From Delftia acidovorans NBRC 14950 (GTDB taxonomy: Bacteria > Pseudomonadota > Gammaproteobacteria > Burkholderiales > Burkholderiaceae_C), in the NCBI RefSeq assembly GCF_001598795.1, contig NZ_BCZP01000002.1:300001-332000 (forward strand): 32,000 nucleotides of DNA. Direction: 5' to 3'. Position 1 is the first letter of the stretch. Each line of letters starts with the position of its first letter. The position numbers and the translations under genes were made by a program. Positions 17,659-24,289 of this stretch are shown here, in pieces. The notes under the pieces are model-generated. The model did no database searches. It was not told where the DNA came from and was given only the letters and a program-made list of their open reading frames with translations.

Positions 17659-19427
17659 GCGCGCATCCCATGGACACGGCCATTTCCGTGCCCGTGCCCG
17701 TGCCGGTGGACCGCTCCGTTTCCGCCCGCCGCAGCGCGCCTGCAGGGCCCGTGCGTCCGCGGGGGCGCAGCGCAGGCTGGGAGCGCTGGTGGCTGGGCGC
17801 CCTGGTGCTGGGCGCACTGGCCTGGCTGCTGGCCACCATCGCCCTGCCGGTCGCCAGCCTGCTGGGCAGGAGTTTCTGGGACGATGCGGGCCGCTTCACG
17901 GGCCTGGCCCAGTTCATCACCTATGCGCGCATGCCGGGCGTGGCGCAATCGCTGTTCAACAGCCTGTGGCTGTCGGCCGTGAGCAGCACGGTCTGCGTGC
18001 TGCTGGCCTATGTCTACGCCTATGGCGTGGTGCGCAGCTGCATGCCGCTGGCGCGCTGGTTCCGGGGCCTGGCCCTGGTGCCGCTGCTGGCGCCTTCGCT
18101 GCTCATGGCCATCAGCCTGATCTACCTGTTCGGCAGCCAGGGCCTGCTCAAGGGCTGGCTGCAGGGGGGCTCGGCCTACGGGCCCTTCGGCATCATCGTG
18201 GGCTCGGTGCTCTGGACCTTTCCGCATGCGCTGATGATCCTGTGCACCACGCTGGCCTCGGGCGATGCGCGCCTGTACGAGGCGGCCGCCACGCTGGGCG
18301 CCAGCCGCTGGCGCAGCTTCCGCCAGGTCACGCTGCCAGCCAGCCGCTACGGGCTGATGATTTCCTGGATCGTGGTCTTCGTGCTCGTGGTGACCGACTT
18401 CGGCGTGCCCAAGGTCATTGGCGGCAACACGGCCATGCTGGCCACCGATATCTACAAGCAGGTCATAGGCCAGCAAAAGCTGTCCATGGGTGCCGTGGTG
18501 GCCATGCTGCTGCTGGTGCCTGCGGGCCTGGCCTTTGCGGCAGAGCGCCATCTGCGTGCGCGGCAGGCGGCGACCATGGGCGTGCGCTCCGTGCCGCTGG
18601 TGCCCCAGCCCCATGCGCCGCTGGACCGCGCGCTGCTTGCGTACTGCGCGCTGGTGGCGCTGGCGCTGCTGGCCGTCATGGGCACGGCCGTGCTGGCCTC
18701 CCTGGTCAGCTACTGGCCCTACAACCTCACGCTGACGTTCAAGAACTACCGCTTCGACATGATGGACGGCGGCGGCTGGGCCAGCTATGGCAACTCGCTG
18801 TCCATGGCGCTGGCCACGGCGGTGGTGGGGGCGGTGCTGAGTTTTGTGACCGCCTACCTGGTGGCCAAGCCCCAGCGCTGGGCACGCACGCGCCAGTGGC
18901 TGCATGCCGTGGCCACGCTGCCCATGGCCGTGCCGGGGCTGGCGCTGGGCCTGGGCTACATCCTGTTCTTCAATGCCCAGGGCAATCCGCTGCATTTTCT
19001 GTACGGCAGCATGGCCATCCTGGTGCTGTGCTCGGTGGCGCATTTCTTCTCGGTGGCGCACATCACGCAACTGGCCGCGCTGCAGCAGCTCGATGCCGAA
19101 TACGAGCGCGTGGCCGATTCTCTGGGCGTGGCCTTCTGGACGCTGCTGTGGCGCGTGCACCTGCCGGTGTGCATGCCCGTAGTGATGCAGGTGGCCGGTT
19201 ACTTCTTCGTCAACGCCATGACCACGGTGTCGGCCGTGGTGTTCCTCTACTCGCCCGAGACCACGCTGGCCTCGGTGGCCGTGCTGGCCATGGACGACGC
19301 GGGCGACACCGCGCCGGCCGCCGCCATGGCCACGCTGATCTTTGCCACCGCCGCCACGGGCCGGCTGCTGATCGCGGCGCTGGATGCCTGGGTGCAGCGG
19401 CGCACGCAGCGCTGGCGCCAGCGCTGA
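17655..19427 (+). CDS. ABC transporter permease, fused two-domain type (PhnU-like, about 12 TM)
   Basis: Frame of ORF 17541..19427, trimmed to ATG 17655, which overlaps the ATPase stop (ATGA). 590 aa. It has two tandem binding-protein-dependent permease halves, similar to FbpB/ThiP-type fused permeases. Confidence 0.88.
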   Translation: MSAHPMDTAISVPVPVPVDRSVSARRSAPAGPVRPRGRSAGWERWWLGALVLGALAWLLATIALPVASLLGRSFWDDAGRFTGLAQFITYARMPGVAQSLFNSLWLSAVSSTVCVLLAYVYAYGVVRSCMPLARWFRGLALVPLLAPSLLMAISLIYLFGSQGLLKGWLQGGSAYGPFGIIVGSVLWTFPHALMILCTTLASGDARLYEAAATLGASRWRSFRQVTLPASRYGLMISWIVVFVLVVTDFGVPKVIGGNTAMLATDIYKQVIGQQKLSMGAVVAMLLLVPAGLAFAAERHLRARQAATMGVRSVPLVPQPHAPLDRALLAYCALVALALLAVMGTAVLASLVSYWPYNLTLTFKNYRFDMMDGGGWASYGNSLSMALATAVVGAVLSFVTAYLVAKPQRWARTRQWLHAVATLPMAVPGLALGLGYILFFNAQGNPLHFLYGSMAILVLCSVAHFFSVAHITQLAALQQLDAEYERVADSLGVAFWTLLWRVHLPVCMPVVMQVAGYFFVNAMTTVSAVVFLYSPETTLASVAVLAMDDAGDTAPAAAMATLIFATAATGRLLIAALDAWVQRRTQRWRQR

Positions 19428-19459
19428 TCCCTTCTTTCTTCCCCCCTCCGTTTTTTCCC

Positions 19460-20575
19460 ATGAAGAACTACGACCTGATCGTGGTGGGGGCCGGCATTGT
19501 CGGCCTGGCCCACGCCTATGCGGCCGCGCGCCGTGGCCGCAGCGTGCTCGTCATCGAGCGCGACGCGGCCTGCATCTCCGCCTCCATCCGCAACTTCGGC
19601 TTTGTGACCGTCACGGGGCAGCAGGCCGGGGCCCACTGGCGGCGTGCCATGCGCTCGCGCGACACCTGGGCCGAGATCGCGCCGCAGGCCGGCATCGAGG
19701 TCGTGCACCGCGGCCTGTGGCTGACGGCGCGCCGCCCCAGCGCCGAGGCCGTGCTCCATGCCTTTCTAAGCACCGCCATGGGCGAGCGCTGCGAGCTGCT
19801 CACGCCGGCCCAGGCCGCCGAGCGCCATCCTGCACTGCGTACCGAGGATTTGTCCGCCGTGCTCTACAGCCCGCATGAACTGCGCGTGGAGTCGCGCACG
19901 GCCATTCCCAGGTTGGCGCAGTGGCTGGAGCAGGCCATGGGCGTGGATTTCCGCTTTGGCGAGGCCGTGCTCGACGTGGCCGCGCCCCGGGTGCGCAGCA
20001 CGCGCGCCAGCTACCACGGCGAACGCGTGGTGGTCTGCAACAACGCCGACCCGGGCGGCCTGTTCGCCGGCCTGTGGGCGCCGCATCGCATCCAGCTGTG
20101 CCAGCTGCAGATGCTGCGCGTGCGGCCGCAGCCGGGCTTTCGGCTCAAGGGCTCGGTCATGGGTGACCTGAGCATGGTCAGATACGAGGGCTACAGCGCC
20201 CTGCCCGAAGCCGCCGCGCTGCGCGCCGAACTGGAGCGGGAGGAGGGCGAGAGCCTGGCCCACGGCATCCACCTGATCGCCGTGCAAAGCGCCGACGGCA
20301 GCCTGGTGGTGGGCGATTCCCACCACTACGGCGCAGCGCCCCAGCCCTTTGCCAGCGAGGCCGTGGACCGGCTGATGCTGCGCCACATGAACGAGGCCCT
20401 GAACCTGCGCGATGCGCAGGTGGTGGAGCGCTGGGTGGGCGTCTACCCGAGTGCGCAGGACGCGCCCTGCGTGGTGCATGCGCCCGACGAGGCCACGCGT
20501 GTGGTGGCGGTCACCGGAGGTTCCGGCGCGAGCACCGCCTTCGGGCTTGCAGAAGAGGTCTGGAGCGCGTGGTGA
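19460..20575 (+). CDS. DAO-family FAD-dependent oxidoreductase (aminophosphonate oxidative-deaminase-like clade)
   Basis: C-terminal 371 codons of the 928-aa ORF 17789..20575. ATG 19460 gives MKNYDLIVVGAGIVGLAHAYAAARRG (Rossmann FAD motif). The upstream part of that ORF is an out-of-frame shadow of the permease. Size, N-terminus and position directly after a PhnSTU-like transporter fit the TIGR03364-type oxidoreductases as I recall them. Not verified. Confidence 0.8.
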   Translation: MKNYDLIVVGAGIVGLAHAYAAARRGRSVLVIERDAACISASIRNFGFVTVTGQQAGAHWRRAMRSRDTWAEIAPQAGIEVVHRGLWLTARRPSAEAVLHAFLSTAMGERCELLTPAQAAERHPALRTEDLSAVLYSPHELRVESRTAIPRLAQWLEQAMGVDFRFGEAVLDVAAPRVRSTRASYHGERVVVCNNADPGGLFAGLWAPHRIQLCQLQMLRVRPQPGFRLKGSVMGDLSMVRYEGYSALPEAAALRAELEREEGESLAHGIHLIAVQSADGSLVVGDSHHYGAAPQPFASEAVDRLMLRHMNEALNLRDAQVVERWVGVYPSAQDAPCVVHAPDEATRVVAVTGGSGASTAFGLAEEVWSAW

Positions 20576-20590
20576 GCGGTAGCCGGCCTA

Positions 20591-21763
20591 CTACTTGCCG
20601 AACATCACCCACAGCAGCGCCAGCACCATGATCGTGGCCAGCACGGCCAGCGTGATCTTGAGGGCGCTGTAGGGGCGCTCGCCCGCGATCTGGCCCGTGT
20701 AGCCGTTGGCGATGATCTGGAAGGTCTTGCTGCCGTAGGTGTAGCCTACCAGCCAGACCGGCACGAGGATGTGCTTGAAGGTGCGGCCCTGGTACTCGCG
20801 CTGCATCTGCAGGTTGCGGTAGGTGTCGCCGGGCACCTGGCGCGCGCACAGGGCGCGCAGCTGCTCGTCCATGTCCTGCACGTTGACCTGGGCGGCCTTG
20901 CCCAGGTCGATCTGGTAGCGCTCCACGGTCCAGCCGCGCACGAACTCGGGCGTGTAGGGCTTGAGGTCGGTGGTCGTGGGAAAGGGCTCCACCTGGCGCA
21001 GCAGGTTGGCGTGCACGCCTACGGTGCCGGGCACCAGCTCGTCGTCGAAGAAATGGGCGAGGCTGCCCGCGGCCGGCTCCCAGCGCACATGGCGCACCTG
21101 GCGCGTCTGCACATTGCCGTTGCTGTCGCGGTAGGACTCGGTGGTGTAGTAGTAGAAGCCCGCCTCGGCCTGCCAGTCGGCGCTGGCGTGGGCGTCGAAG
21201 GTCCAGTAGGGCAGGTAGACGCCGTGCAGCGTGTCGGTCAGCGCGGCGGACTTCAGGCGGTTGGGCGCGAACCAGCGGCTGCCGTACCACTGGCGGATGC
21301 GGTCGCGGATCTGCCCGTCGCTGATCTTGAAGGGCAGGATGCTCTGCGGCGTGATGGCATCGCCCTGGTCCTCATGGGCGACGATGGAGGGGGAGCCGCA
21401 GAAGTCGCAGCGCTGGGCCACGGTGCGGTTCACGAAGACCGAGATGGCACGGCAGTTCTGGCACTGGACCTCGTAGCGGTCCTCCGTACCCCAGCCCCGG
21501 CCGGACTTGGGGTTGCGCAGCGCCTCGGCCAGGTCCTGCTCGACCACATCGCGGCCCAGTTCCTCGCGCGTTTCCTCGCTCCAGGGCACCGTGGTGCCGC
21601 AGTACGGGCACTTGAGCGCCTGGGCCTGGGCATTCCATTCGAGGTTGGCGCCGCATTCGGGGCAGGGGTGCTTGCGCACCATGGCGGGCGCGGCGGCGGC
21701 CGCCTCCCAGGAGCCGGAGCCGGAGGCGGGAGTGGAAGAAGAACGGGGGGAGGGCGCGCTCAC
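20591..21763 (-). CDS. double zinc-ribbon protein with a C-terminal transmembrane anchor (YdjG-like), function unknown
   Basis: ORF 20591..21763(-), 390 aa from GTG 21763 (alternative ATG 21682, giving MVRKHPCPECG...). It has four CxxC pairs forming two ribbons (CPECG...CPYCG and CQNC...CDFCG). A ~270-aa conserved-looking globular region follows (ILPFKISDGQ, VYLPYWTFD, LVPVWLVGYTYGSKTFQIIANGYTGQIAGERPYS). One C-terminal TM helix is present (ITLAVLATIMVLALLWVMFG). Confidence 0.7.
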   Translation of the reverse strand: MSAPSPRSSSTPASGSGSWEAAAAAPAMVRKHPCPECGANLEWNAQAQALKCPYCGTTVPWSEETREELGRDVVEQDLAEALRNPKSGRGWGTEDRYEVQCQNCRAISVFVNRTVAQRCDFCGSPSIVAHEDQGDAITPQSILPFKISDGQIRDRIRQWYGSRWFAPNRLKSAALTDTLHGVYLPYWTFDAHASADWQAEAGFYYYTTESYRDSNGNVQTRQVRHVRWEPAAGSLAHFFDDELVPGTVGVHANLLRQVEPFPTTTDLKPYTPEFVRGWTVERYQIDLGKAAQVNVQDMDEQLRALCARQVPGDTYRNLQMQREYQGRTFKHILVPVWLVGYTYGSKTFQIIANGYTGQIAGERPYSALKITLAVLATIMVLALLWVMFGK

Positions 21764-21842
21764 GGCATCGGTCCTGGAAAGCGTACGGCGCCAGGCAGGG
21801 CCTGGCGCCGGGAAGGTTCAAGCCAACAGAAAGCGAGGGCGC

Positions 21843-22958
21843 TCAGCCCTTGAGGAACTCGTCCAGAGCGCTTTGCGCAATGCGCCACTGGCTGCCGATC
21901 TGGCGCGCCTTGAGGTTGCCGGCCTGGATCTCGGCCAGCACATCGGCCTCGCTCACACCCAGCACCTGGGCCGCCTGCGCCGGGGTCAGCACCTGCAGTC
22001 CACCGGCGGCGGGCGCTGCGGGGGCCTGGGCCGCCTGTGCGGCAGCGGGCGAGAACGGATCGGACGCCTGGCCCTGGCCGGCCGGTGCGCCACCGCCACC
22101 GCCGTTTTGCATGCTCTTCATCATCTCCTGCGCCATGCCGAAGCCCATGGCCATGGTGGCGGGCAGGGTGGCTGCGGCAGCGCCTTCGCCGCCCGTGGTC
22201 ATGGCCTGGCCCATCTGGTATTTGACGTAGTCGTTGAGGTTGCCGATGGCCGTCATGCTGGAGCGCTTGTCGATGGCCTGCTCCACCTCGGGCGGCACGG
22301 ACACGTTCTCCAGCACGAAGCTGGTGATCTCCAGGCCGTACTTGTCCGTCATGGCCGGATTGATCAGCGGCAGCAGCGCATCGCCCAGCTCGCCATAGCG
22401 CTGGGCCACGTCCAGCACGGGCACCTGGGCCTTGGCCAGCGACTCGGTGAACACGCTGATGATGCGCGAGCGCATGGTGTCGGCGAACTCGTCGATGCGG
22501 AAGTTCTGGTCCGTGCCCGCCACTTCCTTGAGGAACTTGGCCGGCTCGACGATGCGGAAGTCATAGGTGCCGAAGGCGCGCAGGCGCACGGCGCCGAAGT
22601 CCTTGTCGCGCACCATCACGGGGTTGGAGGTGCCCCACTTGTTGCCCGTGAACAGGCGCGTGTTGATGAAGTAGACATCGCACTTGAACGGCGAGTTGAA
22701 GCCGTACTTCCAGCCCTGGATGGTGGACAGGATGGGAATGTTCTGCGTGGTCAGCGTGTGCTTGCCGGGGCTGAACAGGTCGGCGTACTGGCCGGCCGAG
22801 ACGAACTGCACCTGCTGCGACTCGCGCACGATGAGCTGGGCGCCGTTCTTGATTTCCTTGTCGTCATCGGGCCAGCGGTAGGAGAGCGTGTCGCGCGAGT
22901 CATCGGTCCACTCGATGATCTCTATCAGTTGCTTGGTGATGATGTTCATCAGGTTCAT
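21843..22958 (-). CDS. SPFH/band-7 domain protein (YdjI/COG4260-like) with a C-terminal excisionase-type helix-turn-helix domain
   Basis: Frame of ORF 21843..22991(-). I prefer ATG 22958, which has GGAG 6 nt upstream. 371 aa. The N-terminus MNLMNIITKQLIEIIEWTDDS...YRWP and the body resemble SPFH proteins of the YdjI type. A Gly/Ala/Pro/Gln-rich linker follows. The last ~50 aa (LTPAQAAQVLGVSEADVLAEIQAGNLKARQIGSQWRIAQSALDEFL) fit the excisionase/HTH_17 pattern (L-T-x-x-E/Q-A-A-x-x-L-G-V-S...G-x-L-x-A-x-x-I-G-x-x-W-R-I...L-x-x-F-L). Confidence 0.8.
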   Translation of the reverse strand: MNLMNIITKQLIEIIEWTDDSRDTLSYRWPDDDKEIKNGAQLIVRESQQVQFVSAGQYADLFSPGKHTLTTQNIPILSTIQGWKYGFNSPFKCDVYFINTRLFTGNKWGTSNPVMVRDKDFGAVRLRAFGTYDFRIVEPAKFLKEVAGTDQNFRIDEFADTMRSRIISVFTESLAKAQVPVLDVAQRYGELGDALLPLINPAMTDKYGLEITSFVLENVSVPPEVEQAIDKRSSMTAIGNLNDYVKYQMGQAMTTGGEGAAAATLPATMAMGFGMAQEMMKSMQNGGGGGAPAGQGQASDPFSPAAAQAAQAPAAPAAGGLQVLTPAQAAQVLGVSEADVLAEIQAGNLKARQIGSQWRIAQSALDEFLKG

Positions 22959-23316
22959 GGCAGGCTCCGGGGCGGTGGTGGTCCACGACAAAAAAGGTCA
23001 ATGGGCCATTCTAGGGGGCGTGCATGGCGGCGTGGCGAACGGTCACCGGCCGCTGCCCTGGTGAATTGTCAAAAAATGATCCGGATGCGTCGTGCAAGGC
23101 GGGCCTTCGGGTCTTCGCGCGCCACGGCCTTTGCCGGCATGTGTCGCCTGCTCCGTTTTTTGATGCAGATCGCCCTGTGGAGCGTCTGCCGTGGGGCCGC
23201 AGGCCGGCAGCACGGCGCATGGCCGGGCGGCGCCTTAAAATCGTCGTTTGCGCGGCGCGAGCCGCCTCTCATTCACCGGCGCGGCCCCGGCCTGCGTGCG
23301 ACGCCTGAAACAAGTC

Positions 23317-24255
23317 ATGCTCACTTTCCAACAAATCATCCTCAAGCTGCAGTCCTACTGGGCCGACCAGGGCTGCGCACTGCTCCAGCCCTATGACATG
23401 GAAGTGGGCGCGGGCACCTCGCACACCGCCACCTTCCTGCGCGCGCTGGGCCCCGAGCCCTGGAAGGCCGCCTACGTGCAGCCCAGCCGCCGCCCCAAGG
23501 ACGGCCGCTATGGCGACAACCCCAACCGCCTGCAGCACTACTACCAGTTCCAGGTGGTGCTCAAGCCCGCGCCCGACAACATCCTGGAGCTGTACCTGGG
23601 CTCGCTCGAAGCCCTGGGGTTCGACCTGAAGAAGAACGACATCCGCTTCGTCGAGGACGACTGGGAGAACCCCACGCTGGGCGCCTGGGGCCTGGGCTGG
23701 GAAGTCTGGCTCAACGGCATGGAGGTGACGCAGTTCACCTACTTCCAGCAGGTCGGCGGCATCGACTGCAAGCCCGCCACGGGCGAGATCACCTACGGCC
23801 TGGAGCGCCTGGCCATGTACCTGCAGGGCGTGGACAACGTCTACAACCTGACCTGGACCGACGGCCTGAGCTACGGCGACGTCTACCACCAGAACGAGGT
23901 GGAGCAGTCCACCTACAACTTCGAGCACTCGGACGCCGACTTCCTGTTCACCGCCTTCGGCGCCTACGAAAAGCAGGCCAACCACCTGATCGGCGAACAG
24001 CTGGCGCTGCCGGCCTACGAGCAGGTGCTCAAGGCCGCCCACACCTTCAACCTGCTCGATGCGCGCGGCGCCATCAGCGTGACGGAGCGTGCCGCCTACA
24101 TCGGCCGCATCCGCAACCTGGCCCGCGCCGTGGCCAAGGCCTATATGGACAGCCGTGCGCGCCTGGGCTTCCCCATGGCGCCCAAGGCCCATGCCGACGA
24201 AGTGCTGGCCGAGCTGGCCAAGGCCGCCGAACAACAGGGCAAGAAGGCCGCCTGA
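23317..24255 (+). CDS. glyQ: glycine--tRNA ligase alpha subunit
   Basis: Frame of ORF 23248..24255, trimmed to ATG 23317. 312 aa. Starts [49 protein letters not shown], and the rest is highly conserved GlyQ sequence. Confidence 0.96.
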   Translation: MLTFQQIILKLQSYWADQGCALLQPYDMEVGAGTSHTATFLRALGPEPWKAAYVQPSRRPKDGRYGDNPNRLQHYYQFQVVLKPAPDNILELYLGSLEALGFDLKKNDIRFVEDDWENPTLGAWGLGWEVWLNGMEVTQFTYFQQVGGIDCKPATGEITYGLERLAMYLQGVDNVYNLTWTDGLSYGDVYHQNEVEQSTYNFEHSDADFLFTAFGAYEKQANHLIGEQLALPAYEQVLKAAHTFNLLDARGAISVTERAAYIGRIRNLARAVAKAYMDSRARLGFPMAPKAHADEVLAELAKAAEQQGKKAA

Positions 24256-24289
24256 GGCGGACACCGCTGCACCGAGAGAACACCAGACC

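Noticed and set aside
17235-19160. 641-aa ORF on the minus strand
   Set aside because: It is antisense to the ABC ATPase 3' end and the permease. It is extremely His/Arg/Gln/Gly-rich. It is a shadow ORF.
17789-19459. N-terminal 557 codons of the 928-aa plus-strand ORF ending at 20575
   Set aside because: This part overlaps the permease in another frame and is Gly/Arg/Ala/Pro-rich. The Rossmann motif of the oxidoreductase starts right after ATG 19460, so only 19460-20575 is coding in this frame.
20576-20590. GAGCGGTAGCC resembling the ops/JUMPStart core GGCGGTAG
   Set aside because: It matches only 7 of 8 positions. It lies between two convergent stop codons, not in a 5' leader of a polysaccharide operon.
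23024-23308. 94-aa plus-strand ORF (and the 69-aa minus ORF 23011..23220) in the SPFH/glyQ intergenic region
   Set aside because: Both are Arg/Ala/Pro/Cys-rich, have no SD and no recognisable fold. They are treated as non-coding.
21507-23396. 629-aa ORF on the plus strand
   Set aside because: It is antisense to the SPFH gene and runs through the intergenic region into glyQ out of frame. It is a shadow ORF.
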